From Angustibacter luteus (GTDB taxonomy: Bacteria > Actinomycetota > Actinomycetes > Actinomycetales > Angustibacteraceae), in contig NZ_BAABFP010000002.1 of assembly GCF_039541115.1 (NCBI RefSeq), positions 868,001 through 932,000 of the forward strand: 64,000 nt of DNA, in the 5' to 3' direction. Of this stretch, positions 51,443 through 62,169 are shown in pieces. Numbering within the stretch: position 1 is the first letter of the stretch; each line of letters starts with the position of its first letter. A program made the translations under genes and the position numbers. Below the pieces are notes generated by a model. The model was given only the letters and a program-made list of their open reading frames with translations. It was not told the origin of the DNA and searched no databases.

Positions 51443-52504
51443 TCAGGTGAGCGTCTTCTGCCACTCGGTGTTGACGCCGATCGGCGCGAAGCCCAGCTCG
51501 CGGTTGACCCGCAGCATCGGCGCGTTGACGTCGGCGTTCCAGGTCACCACCCGCGCGACGGCGGGCATGCGGTCCCGCAGCGCACGCAGGTTCGCGGCCT
51601 TGACCAGCTGGCCGAGCCGATGGCCCCGGTGCTCGGACAGCACCAGCGTGTCCCACTGGTAGGCGACGTCCGGGGTGTGCTCGGCCACGGCCATCGCGGT
51701 GAACGCGACCGCCTGGCCGCTGGCGCGGTGCACCGCCACCGTCTCGACGACGTGCCGGCCCATCGCCCGGGCGACCCGGAACGTCTCCCGAACCCGCTCG
51801 GCGTCCCAGACCTCCTCCTCCACGTCGACCTCACCCATCGGCGCGTCGGTGGCCATCCGCTCGGACAGGTGGGCGCGTTGGTCGACCCACGCGTCCGGGA
51901 CGTCGTCCCACCAGGTCAGCAGGTCGTACTCGGTGGCGTGCCGCGCCCCCTCGGCCTCGAGGCCGGCCAGCAGGGGGTCGAGGTCGCCGTCCGGCAGGTC
52001 GAGGTCGTAGCGGGTGGTGACCAGGGCCGGGGCGTACCCGTGCCGGGGCGCGAACGAGTACGCCGCAGCATCCGGGTTCGGGGCGAGGTCGGACTCCAGG
52101 CAGAGCGTCCGGCGTCCGGCCTCGACGGCCCGGCGCTCCAGCTCGGTGAGCAGCGCGCGGCCGATCCCCTGCCGCCGCCACCGCGGGTGCACGCTGAGGA
52201 ACAGCGCCGCGAAGTGCGTGTTGTCCAGCAGGGGGAGGTGGATGGCCGCCTCGCCGACCACCTGGCCACCAGCGCCCAGCCCGACCCCGCCATCGGTCGG
52301 CGCCACCGCGGCGAGCCGGTGGATGCGACGGGTGGTCACCTCGCGTTGCATCTCGCGGACCTCGTCGATCGAGTAGACGGTGTGCCGGTCGCCGAACTCC
52401 GCCCGCGCACTGGCCATGCCGACGGCGACCCAGCCCTCCAGGAGCGCCACCGAGACGGCGTCCTCGGCCAGGGGGTCGAGCTCGACGATGCGCACGTCAC
52501 TCAT
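51443..52504 (-). CDS. Tandem-domain GNAT acetyltransferase
   Basis: VHPRWRRQGIGRALL and QWDTLVLSEHRGHRLG...TWNADVN.PML.VN..LGF. Confidence 0.88.
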   Translation of the reverse strand: MSDVRIVELDPLAEDAVSVALLEGWVAVGMASARAEFGDRHTVYSIDEVREMQREVTTRRIHRLAAVAPTDGGVGLGAGGQVVGEAAIHLPLLDNTHFAALFLSVHPRWRRQGIGRALLTELERRAVEAGRRTLCLESDLAPNPDAAAYSFAPRHGYAPALVTTRYDLDLPDGDLDPLLAGLEAEGARHATEYDLLTWWDDVPDAWVDQRAHLSERMATDAPMGEVDVEEEVWDAERVRETFRVARAMGRHVVETVAVHRASGQAVAFTAMAVAEHTPDVAYQWDTLVLSEHRGHRLGQLVKAANLRALRDRMPAVARVVTWNADVNAPMLRVNRELGFAPIGVNTEWQKTLT

Positions 52505-52580
52505 GGCCCCGACCCTGCCAGCCGCCGCGACCGGGTCGCACCCGAATATCCGTCTCGCGCCGGTGCGGCAGGATGGGCCC

Positions 52581-53555
52581 GTGCTGCAGCTCCGGCTCGT
52601 CGTCCCGTCCGCCGTCCGCGAGCCCGTCGAGCGGTTCCTGCTCGACGACCCCCGCGTCGTGAACCTGGTCGTCATCGCGGACGCCGCCCTCGACCCGCCG
52701 GGGGACGCCGTCAGCTGCGACGTGGCCCGCGAGGGCGCCAGCGACATCATCGCCCGGCTGCGCGAGCTCGGCCTGGACGACGGCGGCACCGTGGCGATCC
52801 AGGACATCGTCGCCTCGCCCTCGCGGGCCGCCCGGCGGGCCGAGCGGGCCGCCCCCGGCAATCCGGACGACGGCGTGGTCTGGGACATCGTCACGGACAC
52901 CGCGTTCGAGCAGGTGCGCCCGTCGTGGACCTTCTACGCCTTCCTCACCCTCGCCACCATGATCGCGTCCATCGCCGTCATCGAGGATTCGTCCATCCTC
53001 GTGGTGGGCGCCATGGTGGTCGGTCCGGAGTACGGCGCCGTCTCGGGTGTCGCGCTCGGGCTCGCCATGCTCCACCGGCACCTCATCGGCGGCGGCGCCC
53101 GGCTCCTGCTCTTCGGGTTCACCTTCGCCATCCTGGTCACGGCGGCGTTCGCGCTGGTCTGGGCCGCGCTGGGCTGGATCGACGGCGACACGCTGTCCGC
53201 GCCGCGCCCGCAGACGGGCTTCATCTGGCGCCCCGACCACTGGTCGATCGTCGTCGCCGTCCTGGCCGGGATCGCCGGCACGCTGTCCCTGACCGCCGGC
53301 CGCACCGCGGTCCTGGTCGGGGTCTTCATCTCGGTCACCACGGTGCCGGCAGCCGGGAACCTGGCCCTGGCGCTGGCCCTGGCCGACCCGTCCGAGCTGC
53401 GCGGATCGGCCGAGCAGCTGCTGATCAACCTGGTCGGGATGATCGCCGCCGGCACGATCGTGCTGGTGCTGCAGCGGTGGGTGTGGCGGCGCTGGGGTCG
53501 GCTGGTGCGGTTCAACGCGCGAGGCAGGCTGACCAGACCGGGCGGTGGCTCCTAG
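52581..53555 (+). CDS. DUF389 family membrane protein
   Basis: [34 protein letters not shown]; multiple TM helices. Confidence 0.88.
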   Translation: MLQLRLVVPSAVREPVERFLLDDPRVVNLVVIADAALDPPGDAVSCDVAREGASDIIARLRELGLDDGGTVAIQDIVASPSRAARRAERAAPGNPDDGVVWDIVTDTAFEQVRPSWTFYAFLTLATMIASIAVIEDSSILVVGAMVVGPEYGAVSGVALGLAMLHRHLIGGGARLLLFGFTFAILVTAAFALVWAALGWIDGDTLSAPRPQTGFIWRPDHWSIVVAVLAGIAGTLSLTAGRTAVLVGVFISVTTVPAAGNLALALALADPSELRGSAEQLLINLVGMIAAGTIVLVLQRWVWRRWGRLVRFNARGRLTRPGGGS

Positions 53556-54898
53556 AGGGCCAGGTGCTCCCGGACCACCACGGCCAGCCGGTCGGCGACG
53601 TCCTGGGCCTGCTCGGCCTCCGGCGCCTCGACCATCACCCGCACCAGCGGCTCGGTGCCGGACGGACGCAGCAGGACCCGACCCCGGCCGGCCAGCTCGG
53701 ACTCGGCCGCCGCGACCGCGGCGAGGACGTCGACGTGGTCCGTCGCCCGCGCCTTGTCGACGTCTGCGACGTTGATCATCACCTGCGGGAGCCGCTCCAT
53801 GACGCCCGCCAGATCGGCCAACGAACGCCCCGACTCCGCCACCCGGGAGGCCAGCAACATGGCCGTGAGCAGGCCGTCCCCGGTGGTCCCGTGCTCGGTG
53901 AGGATGACGTGGCCGGACTGCTCGCCGCCGAGCGAGAAGTCGCCACTGCGCATCCGCTCGAGAACGTAGCGGTCGCCCACGGCGGTCTGCTCGACGGTGA
54001 TGCCCTCGCGCTCCATCGCCAGCAGCAGGCCGAGGTTGCTCATCACGGTCGCGACGAGCGTGTCTGCCCGCAGCTGCCCACGCTCGCGCAGGGCCAGGGC
54101 GAGCACGGCCATGATCTGGTCACCGTCCACGAGGTGACCGGCCGCGTCCACCGCCAGGCAGCGGTCGGCGTCGCCGTCCAGCGCGACCCCGAGATCGGCG
54201 CCCAGCGCCACGACCGCGGCCTGCAGGTTCCCCAGGTGCGTCGACCCGTACCCGTCGTTGATGTTCAGCCCGTCGGGCTCGCCACCGATCACGTCCACCT
54301 GGGCGCCGGCGTCGCGCAGCAGGCGCGGCGCGACCTCGCTCGCGGCGCCGTGCGCGCAGTCGACCACGACGTGCACGCCGTCCAGCCGGTGCGGCAGGAC
54401 GGACAGCAGGTGGGCGACGTACTCGCGCGCGGCGACGTCGTCGCGGCGCACCCGGCCCACGGCGGCGCCGGTCGGACGCTCCCACGGCTCGCCGCGGCGC
54501 TGCTCGATCGCGTCCTCGATGACGTCGTCGAGCTTGTGGCCGCCGCGCGCGAAGAACTTGATGCCGTTGTCGGGCATCGCGTTGTGCGAGGCGGACAGCA
54601 TGACGCCCAGGTCGGCCTTGCGGGCAGCCGTCAGGTAGGCGACGGCCGGGGTGGGCAGCACCCCGACGTCCAGGACGTCGATCCCGGCGCTGGCCAGGCC
54701 GGCGACCACGGCCGCGGACAGGAACTCGCCGGACGCCCGCGGGTCGCGGCCGACCACGGCGAACGGGCGGTGGCCGGCGAAGGCCCCGGCATCAGCCAGG
54801 ACGTGCGCGGCGGCGACCGACAGGTCGAGCGCCAGCTCAGCCGTCACATCGCGGTTGGCGAGCCCACGAACGCCGTCGGTACCGAACAGTCGAGCCAC
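53552..54898 (-). CDS. glmM: Phosphoglucosamine mutase
   Basis: [55 protein letters not shown]. Confidence 0.98.
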   Translation of the reverse strand: MARLFGTDGVRGLANRDVTAELALDLSVAAAHVLADAGAFAGHRPFAVVGRDPRASGEFLSAAVVAGLASAGIDVLDVGVLPTPAVAYLTAARKADLGVMLSASHNAMPDNGIKFFARGGHKLDDVIEDAIEQRRGEPWERPTGAAVGRVRRDDVAAREYVAHLLSVLPHRLDGVHVVVDCAHGAASEVAPRLLRDAGAQVDVIGGEPDGLNINDGYGSTHLGNLQAAVVALGADLGVALDGDADRCLAVDAAGHLVDGDQIMAVLALALRERGQLRADTLVATVMSNLGLLLAMEREGITVEQTAVGDRYVLERMRSGDFSLGGEQSGHVILTEHGTTGDGLLTAMLLASRVAESGRSLADLAGVMERLPQVMINVADVDKARATDHVDVLAAVAAAESELAGRGRVLLRPSGTEPLVRVMVEAPEAEQAQDVADRLAVVVREHLAL

Positions 54899-54930
54899 AG
54901 GGGGGACCTCTCGTCAGACGCCAGGACCAA

Positions 54931-54972
54931 CGACGACGGCCCCGGGGAACGGTACCCCCGAGGCCGTCGTCG
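54931..54972 (-). terminator. Terminator hairpin downstream of rpsI
   Basis: CGACGACGGCC.CGGGG / CCCCG.GGCCGTCGTCG stem. Confidence 0.75.
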
Positions 54973-55010
54973 AGCACGCTGCGCGGTCTGAGCCGGCAGC
55001 GGGCGCAAGA

Positions 55011-55499
55011 TCAGCGCTTGCTGTACTGCGGAGCCTTGCGGGCCTTCTTGAGACCGGCCTTCTTGCGCTCGATGGCGCGCGGGTCGCGGGTCAGGAAGCC
55101 GGCCTTCTTCAGCGCCGGGCGGTTCGCCTCTTCGTCGACGGCGTTCAGCGAGCGGGCGATGCCGAGACGCACCGCGCCGGCCTGACCGCTGGGGCCGCCG
55201 CCGTGCACGCGGGCGATGACGTCGTAGGAGCCGTCCAGCTCGAGCACCTTGAAGGGCTCGTTGACGATCTGCTGGTGGACCTTGTTGGGGAAGTAGTTGG
55301 CCAGCTCGCGGCCGTTGATGGTCCAGCGACCGGTGCCCGGAACGATCCGGATGCGGGCGACAGCCTCCTTGCGGCGGCCGGTGGCCGCGGCAGGGGACGT
55401 GACCACGACACGACGCGCGGGCGCCTCGGTGGACTCGCTGGTGTAGCTGCTCGGCGCGTCCTCTGCGTCGAGCTCGACCTCGGTGGTGGACTCAGCCAC
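55011..55499 (-). CDS. rpsI: 30S ribosomal protein S9
   Basis: [44 protein letters not shown]. Confidence 0.99.
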   Translation of the reverse strand: MAESTTEVELDAEDAPSSYTSESTEAPARRVVVTSPAAATGRRKEAVARIRIVPGTGRWTINGRELANYFPNKVHQQIVNEPFKVLELDGSYDVIARVHGGGPSGQAGAVRLGIARSLNAVDEEANRPALKKAGFLTRDPRAIERKKAGLKKARKAPQYSKR

Positions 55500-55547
55500 G
55501 GTTCTCCTCGAACTCCTGATAGGTGCTGCTGGTGACTCGGCCGTGGC

Positions 55548-55991
55548 TTACTGCGCGACCTGGGTGATCTCGAACGGCTGGGGGTTCTGCGCGCGGTGCG
55601 GGTGCTCCGGGCCGGCGTAGACCTTCAGCTTGCCGAGCTGGGCGGCGGCCAGAGAGTTCTTCGGCAGCATGCCCTTGACGGCCTTCTCGACCGCCTTGGT
55701 GGGGAACTTCTCGAGCATCTCGACGTACGTGCGCGAGCGCAGACCACCCGGGTAGCCGGAGTGGCGGTACGCCTTCTTCTGCTCGAGCTTGGCGCCGGTC
55801 AGCGCGACCTTCTCGGCGTTGATGATGACGACGAAGTCGCCGGTGTCCACGTGCGGCGCGAAGGTGGGCTTGTGCTTGCCCCGCAGGAGCACGGCGACCT
55901 GGCTGGCGAGCCGGCCGAGCACGATGTCAGTGGCGTCGATGACGTGCCACTGGCGGTCGACCTCGCCGGGCTTCGGGGTGTAGGTACGCAC
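55548..55991 (-). CDS. rplM: 50S ribosomal protein L13
   Basis: [51 protein letters not shown] start 55991. Confidence 0.99.
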   Translation of the reverse strand: MRTYTPKPGEVDRQWHVIDATDIVLGRLASQVAVLLRGKHKPTFAPHVDTGDFVVIINAEKVALTGAKLEQKKAYRHSGYPGGLRSRTYVEMLEKFPTKAVEKAVKGMLPKNSLAAAQLGKLKVYAGPEHPHRAQNPQPFEITQVAQ

Positions 55992-56115
55992 GGTCGTAGC
56001 CTTCGTTCTCGTCACAGATGGTCAGGCGCCGAGTGGTGGCGCCCGCTGGCATTGGTGTCGCGCTCGCGGCGCCGCCCCTGTTCAGGGGCACACCGGACAC
56101 GCACGACGACGTCCC

Positions 56116-56145
56116 AGGGTACCCGGCCTGCCCGGTGAGGGTCAA
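56116..56145 (-). promoter_or_regulatory. Housekeeping-sigma promoter of rplM-rpsI
   Basis: Minus strand TTGACC-N18-TACCCT. Confidence 0.65.
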
Positions 56146-56162
56146 AACGCGCCCCTCCCCCC

Positions 56163-56222
56163 GTGATCATGCACGTTCGCCCCGCGCCCGCCGGGGGTGG
56201 CGGGGCGAACGTGCATGATCAC
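56163..56222. repeat. REP-like palindrome, family A copy 3 (may double as pulA terminator)
   Basis: Perfect 23-bp arms GTGATCATGCACGTTCGCCCCGC / GCGGGGCGAACGTGCATGATCAC. Confidence 0.9.
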
Positions 56223-56234
56223 CAGGGTTGGGGG

Positions 56235-59200
56235 TCAGCGCTCGACGAGCACCGCCACCGTGCGCGCCGGGACCGTGGCCGTGCCGGACGTCGCCGCCCA
56301 GGTCGTGCCCTTCACCACCGGGTCGGAGCCCCCGGCCTGGACCGGTGACAGCCGCAGCGCGTGCCCGGCCAGGCCAGGCACCTGCTGGGTCACGGCCTCC
56401 GGCGTCGCGTTGACCACGACCACCAGCCCGCGCAGCGCGGGGTCGACGTCCGGCCCGACGGTGTCGTCCACCCGGAGCACGATCACCCCGGGGTGCGCGG
56501 ACGACGTCCCGCTGGCCGGGAAGCTCACCTTCTGCCCGATCAGCGCGGCCGAGCCGAGCCGGAACAGCCGCGACGACGAGCGCAGGCGGAGCAGGTCCTG
56601 CGCGGCGGCCGAGGCGCCGGCGACCTGCGCCGCGGTCGGCTTGAGCGCGGCGTCGGCCAGCAGCGGCTTCTGGAACGGCCACTTGGCCTCGTTGTCGGCC
56701 TTGGGCGGCAGTCCGTGCCCGAAGCCGTTGTCCGCGCCGGTCCAGTCGAGCCGGTTGAACCAGTCGCCGGAGTCGAAGCTGTTGCGGTCGAGCGACTTGC
56801 TGCGCAGCAGGTCGGCCCCGGCGTGCCAGAAGGACGGCGACTGCCCGAGGGCCGTGGTGGCCAGCGACAGGGTGTTCATCCGGATCCGGTCGCTCATGGC
56901 GGTCGCCTGGGGCAGCTTGTAGGTCAGCGTGTCCCAGAGCGTCTCGTTGTCGTGCGCGTCGACGTAGCTGACCACCTCGTCGGGCTGGTCGGCGTACCCG
57001 GCCGGCTGGCCGTTGTACTCCACCTGGTCGCCGCGGACGACGTCTCCGGCCGCGTCGCGGAACGTGTACGCCCGCAGGTTGCCCGCCATCCCGAGCTGCA
57101 CCAGGTCGGTGGCGTGGGCCAAGGTCTGCGCCTGCTGGGCCGCGTCGCCGTTGATCGCGGCGCCGTTCGGGTCGCCGGCCAGGCCGGAGCCCAGGCCCTG
57201 GACCCGCGGGTCGTCGTCGAACGGCCCGCCACCGCGCACGGCGTCGCGCAGCCGGTCGCTGAAGGTGCCGATCCCGGTGCCGCCGAGCTGGCCCTGGGTG
57301 GCCTGGTAGAACAGCGCGTTGTTCGCGACCTCGCCGAAGTTCCAGCCCTCGCCGTAGACGTAGACGCTCTTGCCGTCGACCCCGTCGCGGCCCACCGTGA
57401 GCGCGTCCAGCGCGTGCCGGACCGCCAGCATGTTCGCCTTCGAGGCGTGCCCCATGAGGTCGAACCGGAACCCGTCGACCTTGTACTCCCGGGCCCAGCT
57501 GACCACCGAGTCGACCATCAGCTTCTCGGCCATGGCGTGCTCGGTGGCGACGTTCTGGCAGCAGGTCGAGGTCTCGACGGCGCCCGTCTTGGCGTTCAAC
57601 CGCTGGTAGTAGCCCGGCACGATCCGGTCCAGGACCGACGTCTCGGCCTGACCGGACGCCGAGGTGTGGTTGAAGACCTGGTCCAGGACGACGCGCAGCC
57701 CGTCGGCGTGCAGCGCACCCACCATGGTGCGGAACTCGCGCACCCGCGCCGTGCCGGTCGGGTCCGTGGCGTAGGAGCCTTCGGGGGCCATCCAGTGGTA
57801 GGGGTCGTAGCCCCAGTTGAAGGCGTCGTCGGCCGCCACCGCGGTGACGCACGCCTGCTGCTGCTCGGAGTCCGGGGGCAGCGACGGCAGGTCGCAGTCC
57901 GGCGTCTTCTGGTCGGCCTTGCTCTCCGGCACCGACGTCAGGTCGAACGTGGGAAGCAGGTGCACGGTGTTCAGCCCGGCCCTCGCCAGCGCCTTGAGGT
58001 GCTTCGTGCCGGCGCCGTCGTCCGCGAAGGCCAGGTAGGTGCCCCGGTGCGCGGCGGGCACCGAGGTGTCGGAGACCGAGAAGTCCCGCACGTGCAGCTC
58101 GTAGATCGTCGAGTCGACGTCCTGGGCGAGCCGCGGCGACGCGGTACTGCGCCACTGGTTCGGGCGCAGCGCCGGATCGGACAGGTCCGCCAGCACCGAC
58201 CGCGTCGAGTTGGTGGTCAGCGCGAGCGAGTAGGGGTCGGTCACCTGGTTGTGCTCGACGGCCCGGGTGGTCGGCGCGTAGACGGTCACGTCGTACCGGT
58301 ACTGACCGCCCTTCCAGGACGACGAGCCGTTCGCCGACCACACGCCGTCACGATCACGGCGCAGCTGAACCCGTTGCGGCGCAGCGGACTCGTGCCCCGG
58401 TCGCCAGAGCAGGACGTCGACGTCCTGGGCGGTCGGTGCCCACAGCGCGAGCGAGGACGTCGATCCCCGCCAGGTCAGCCCGAGCCGCTCCGAGCGCGCC
58501 CCGCGGTACAGGTCGTCGAGCACGCCGGGCACCTGCACCCCGGTGGCGTCGGCCAGCCGGCCGAGCGAGTCGTACTCGGCCACGGCCATCTGCCCGCGCA
58601 GGATCTGCTCGGCGTGACGGGCCGTCTTGCGCGGCACCCGCAGCGCCAGGAACCCTTGCAGCGCAGGGTACTTCGCGGTCACCGAAGCCGGCAGGCCGCG
58701 AGGGTCGTAGGTCAGTGGCGCGGACTCGCCGCCCGTGACCGCCTCGTCGTCGACGGCCAGACCGCCGTCCGTCGCCCAGTGCAGCCGCCAGCGCAGCTGC
58801 TCGGGCGTCGCCCCGGCCGGGACGTCGTCCGCCGGCCAGGCGACCAGGTCACGGCTGACCCAGTGCGCCTTCGCCTTGCTCAGGTCCGGCGCCGCGCCAG
58901 CCCGCGACGTCCCGACGGTCAGCACGTGGGTGGCCAGGGTGTACGAGAAGGTCGTGATGACCCCCGGTCCGGGGACCGTGAACGGGATGTTGGCCCCGCC
59001 CGCCGCCCCGCCGGCGCCGTAGCTCTCGTCCCAGCTCAGGCCGTGGGCGGCCTTCACCTCGTAGTCGCCGGCCGGGATCTGGTCGGTGCGCCAGGTGAAG
59101 ACGCCGTCGCCGTCCGGGTCCTGCAGCCAGGGCCGCATGCAGTCCGGGCTCCAGTCCGCGGGGCAGCCGAGCTCGGACTGGAACGACCCGGGCGCGGTCA

Positions 59201-62042
59201 CGATCGGCCCCTCGGCGTCCGAGGTCACGTAGTGGGTCGACTGGTCGTAGTAGAAGCTGACCGGCCCGGCCGGCGGGGTGTAGCTGATGTTGCTCCCGTT
59301 GAGCACGCCACCGGCGCCGTAGTTCACGTCCCAGTTCTTGTTCAGCGCGGCCTTGTAGGCGTGCGGGACGCTGGGCAGCGTGTACGTGCCCTTCCAGACC
59401 TGGTCCTTGGGGTCCAGGGTCAGCTGGGCCTGGTCGCAGTCCGGCTGCCAGTCACCCGGGCAGCCCATCTCGGAGTTGTGGTCGCCGGGCACGCTCACGT
59501 TGTCGGGCTGGACGACCGGGCCGACGCCGCCGCCACCGCCACCGCCGGCCGGGGCCGGGTCGCCGACGATGCCGTAGGTGGACGTCGCGGAGTAGTTGCC
59601 GCTGCTGTCCTTCAGCACCGCGCGGTACTCGACCATCGTCCCCTTGGCGAGGCCGCTGGTGTCGTGGAAGACGCGGTAGGGCGCGTTGTCGTCGGTGCCC
59701 AGCCGCTGCCAGGCGGTGGTGCCGACCGGCCGGTAGGCGAAGGTCACCTCGGCCAGCGCGTTCTCGGGGACCGAGACGCCGATCTCGGCGCGGCCGCCGA
59801 CGACGGCACCCGGCTGCGGGGACGACGGGTAGACGGCCGGCGCGTGCCGGCGGCGGTCGACCGGCCGGCTGCCCTTCCAGACCGCCACGGACAGCGGCGG
59901 CACGGTGATCGTCGTCCGGCCCTCGGCGTTGGTGCGCAGCGATTTCTGGCCACCCAGCAGGTTCTTGAACGTCTCGCGGTCGCCGAAGGTCGCGACGTCC
60001 ACCGTCTTGGCGGTGGTCGCGTTGTTGGCGGCCACCAGGTACTCCACCTTGCTCGTGCGGTCCACCCGGCTGAACGCGTAGATCCCGGCGGACGACGACG
60101 CGTACCGGTGCACCTGGGTGCCGTCGGCCAGTGCCGGGTTGTTCTTGCGCAGGGCCGCCACCTTCGCGATGGCCTGGTACATGGGCGATCCGGTCAGGTA
60201 GCGGTCCTTCGACCCGGTCGTGCCACCGATGACCACCGGGTCGGTGTTGTACTCGTCCACCTTGCTGGCGAACATGTCCTGCCGCGCGGACTGGTCGTTG
60301 CCCGCGCCGGCACCGGTGAAGCCCTGCTCGTCGCCGTAGTAGACGACGGGCTGGCCGCGCGTCAGGTACATGAGCTGGTGGGCCAGGGTGTCGCGCTGGA
60401 GGAGGTCGGCGGAGTCGGTGATGCCGCCGGACTTCAGGAAGTAGCCGATCCGGCCCATGTCGTGGTTGCCCAGGAAGGTGGGCAGCTCGTAGGCGTTGGA
60501 GTCGGTGTCGGTGTAGTAGTCGTCCCCGGCGATCAGGTCGCGCATGCCGGTGGTGGGTTTGCCGAGCACGAAGTCCTTGGCCGCGGCCTGGAAGCCGAAG
60601 TCCAGGGTGGCCGGCAGCTTGCCGGTCGTCGTGTACTGCGACATGAAGGACGGGCGGGCGTCGTAGACCTCGCCGAACATGAAGAAGTCGTCGTTGCCCT
60701 GGGCCTTCGCCTCGGCCTGCATGGCCGGCGAGAAGGACTGCCAGAACTCCATGTTGACGTGCTTGACGGTGTCGATCCGGAAGCCGTCGATACCGAAGTC
60801 GACCCACGTCTTGTAGACGTCCGTCATGCCCTTGAGCACCGCGGGCTGCTCGGTGAACAGGTCGTCCAGACCGACGAAGTCGCCGTACTCCGCGCTCTCG
60901 CCGGCGAAGGTCGAGTCACCGCGGTTGTGGTACAGCGTCGGGTCGTTCAGCCAGGCCGGCACCTTCACCGTCTTGTCGGCCTCGCTGCGGAAGGTCGGCG
61001 TGTACGGGAACGATGTCGCGGCGTCCAGCGTCGGGAAGCTGTTGGTGCCCGCGAAGTCCTTGTCGTCGAACGCCTTTCCGCTCGCGTCCTTGTACGGGGC
61101 GGTCGCCTTGTCGATGTACGAGTACTGCTTCTGCGTGTAGTCGATGACGTCCGCGGTGTGGTTCGTGATGATGTCGAAGAAGACCTTCATCCCCTTGCGG
61201 TGCGCCGCGTTCACCAGGTTCTTCAGGTCCGCGTTGGTGCCCAGGTGCGGGTCGACCTGGGTGAAGTCGGTGATCCAGTAGCCGTGGTAGCCGGCGCTGG
61301 CGTCGCTGCCGGTGCCCTGCACCGGACGGTTCTTGAAGGACGGCGTGAGCCAGATGGCCGTCGTCCCGAGGCCCTTGATGTAGTCGAGCTTCGTGGTCAG
61401 GCCCTGGAGGTCGCCGCCGTGGTAGAAGCCCTTGGCGGTCGGGTCCAACCCGGTCTCGAGCCGTCCACCGGTCAGCCCGCCCGCGTCGTTGGCGGTGCTG
61501 CCGTTGGCGAACCGGTCGGCCATCACGAAGTACATCTGCTCGCGGGTCAGCGGGGCGCGCAGGCTCGGCTGGGCCAGCTTCCGGTCCGCTGCGGTGACCG
61601 GGCCGGGCAGGTCGGTCGGAGTGATGCCGACCCGGTGGCTGGTGTGGTCGTAGCTGACCTCGAGCTCAGCGGCGCCGGCCAGGGTGATCGCGATGTTGCC
61701 GCTGCCGCCGTCCTGGCCGTAGCTCTCGTCCCAGGCGTCGTTGAGCGCGACCTTGAGCTCCCAGCTGCCCGCCGGCACGGTGAACCGCGCGGTGAACACC
61801 GGGGAGTCCCCGACCCGCTGCAGGTGGGTCTTCGCGCACGCCGGGTCCCAGTCGCCGGAGCAGCCGAGCTCGCTCTGCAGCGAGCCGACCAGGGTCACAC
61901 TCGCCGGGATGGGCGTGGGCTCCGCTGCCTGGGCGGACGGCGCGGCCTGAGCCCCCAGCAGGGCAGCCACCAGTGCCAGCACGGTGAGTGCGGACCAGGG
62001 CGCCAGCCGACGGCGGAACGGGTGGATGTGCACGGCGATCAT
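56235..62042 (-). CDS. pulA: Secreted multidomain alpha-amylase / pullulanase-type alpha-1,6-glucosidase (two GH13 domains)
   Basis: Signal peptide; three G..(Q/N)SE.GC..DW.P modules; GH13 no.1 (DGFRIDTVKH, FGEVYD, FLGNHD); GH13 no.2 (FNWGYDP, DGFRFDLMGH, YGEGW, YVDAHD). Confidence 0.95.
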   Translation of the reverse strand: MIAVHIHPFRRRLAPWSALTVLALVAALLGAQAAPSAQAAEPTPIPASVTLVGSLQSELGCSGDWDPACAKTHLQRVGDSPVFTARFTVPAGSWELKVALNDAWDESYGQDGGSGNIAITLAGAAELEVSYDHTSHRVGITPTDLPGPVTAADRKLAQPSLRAPLTREQMYFVMADRFANGSTANDAGGLTGGRLETGLDPTAKGFYHGGDLQGLTTKLDYIKGLGTTAIWLTPSFKNRPVQGTGSDASAGYHGYWITDFTQVDPHLGTNADLKNLVNAAHRKGMKVFFDIITNHTADVIDYTQKQYSYIDKATAPYKDASGKAFDDKDFAGTNSFPTLDAATSFPYTPTFRSEADKTVKVPAWLNDPTLYHNRGDSTFAGESAEYGDFVGLDDLFTEQPAVLKGMTDVYKTWVDFGIDGFRIDTVKHVNMEFWQSFSPAMQAEAKAQGNDDFFMFGEVYDARPSFMSQYTTTGKLPATLDFGFQAAAKDFVLGKPTTGMRDLIAGDDYYTDTDSNAYELPTFLGNHDMGRIGYFLKSGGITDSADLLQRDTLAHQLMYLTRGQPVVYYGDEQGFTGAGAGNDQSARQDMFASKVDEYNTDPVVIGGTTGSKDRYLTGSPMYQAIAKVAALRKNNPALADGTQVHRYASSSAGIYAFSRVDRTSKVEYLVAANNATTAKTVDVATFGDRETFKNLLGGQKSLRTNAEGRTTITVPPLSVAVWKGSRPVDRRRHAPAVYPSSPQPGAVVGGRAEIGVSVPENALAEVTFAYRPVGTTAWQRLGTDDNAPYRVFHDTSGLAKGTMVEYRAVLKDSSGNYSATSTYGIVGDPAPAGGGGGGGVGPVVQPDNVSVPGDHNSEMGCPGDWQPDCDQAQLTLDPKDQVWKGTYTLPSVPHAYKAALNKNWDVNYGAGGVLNGSNISYTPPAGPVSFYYDQSTHYVTSDAEGPIVTAPGSFQSELGCPADWSPDCMRPWLQDPDGDGVFTWRTDQIPAGDYEVKAAHGLSWDESYGAGGAAGGANIPFTVPGPGVITTFSYTLATHVLTVGTSRAGAAPDLSKAKAHWVSRDLVAWPADDVPAGATPEQLRWRLHWATDGGLAVDDEAVTGGESAPLTYDPRGLPASVTAKYPALQGFLALRVPRKTARHAEQILRGQMAVAEYDSLGRLADATGVQVPGVLDDLYRGARSERLGLTWRGSTSSLALWAPTAQDVDVLLWRPGHESAAPQRVQLRRDRDGVWSANGSSSWKGGQYRYDVTVYAPTTRAVEHNQVTDPYSLALTTNSTRSVLADLSDPALRPNQWRSTASPRLAQDVDSTIYELHVRDFSVSDTSVPAAHRGTYLAFADDGAGTKHLKALARAGLNTVHLLPTFDLTSVPESKADQKTPDCDLPSLPPDSEQQQACVTAVAADDAFNWGYDPYHWMAPEGSYATDPTGTARVREFRTMVGALHADGLRVVLDQVFNHTSASGQAETSVLDRIVPGYYQRLNAKTGAVETSTCCQNVATEHAMAEKLMVDSVVSWAREYKVDGFRFDLMGHASKANMLAVRHALDALTVGRDGVDGKSVYVYGEGWNFGEVANNALFYQATQGQLGGTGIGTFSDRLRDAVRGGGPFDDDPRVQGLGSGLAGDPNGAAINGDAAQQAQTLAHATDLVQLGMAGNLRAYTFRDAAGDVVRGDQVEYNGQPAGYADQPDEVVSYVDAHDNETLWDTLTYKLPQATAMSDRIRMNTLSLATTALGQSPSFWHAGADLLRSKSLDRNSFDSGDWFNRLDWTGADNGFGHGLPPKADNEAKWPFQKPLLADAALKPTAAQVAGASAAAQDLLRLRSSSRLFRLGSAALIGQKVSFPASGTSSAHPGVIVLRVDDTVGPDVDPALRGLVVVVNATPEAVTQQVPGLAGHALRLSPVQAGGSDPVVKGTTWAATSGTATVPARTVAVLVER

Positions 62043-62124
62043 GGGGGCGCTCCCAACCGGGGCGGACGTCGGTGTCCGCGGTGTCCGTTTGGTGCGTGAC
62101 AGTAGTCCGGTTTGCCGTCCCGAT

Positions 62125-62160
62125 GGAAGATCTAGCCGAAACTTTCTGCAAGATCTTTCA
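62125..62160. promoter_or_regulatory. LacI/MalR-type operator upstream of the amylase-pullulanase
   Basis: TGCAAGATCTTTCA (62147-62160), 12/14 palindrome; minus strand contains CTTGCAG; related GGAAGATCTAGCC at 62125. Confidence 0.6.
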
Positions 62161-62169
62161 GTGCCAGCG

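Noticed and set aside
56361..62099. 1912-aa plus-strand ORF, and similar giant ORFs at 33889-37662, 51620-54991, 26405-28975, 47904-50429, 42432-44813 and 7153-9537
   Set aside because: Antisense or off-frame shadows of well-supported genes. They have low-complexity R/G/A/P/V-rich translations and no motifs, as expected in very high-GC DNA with few stop codons.
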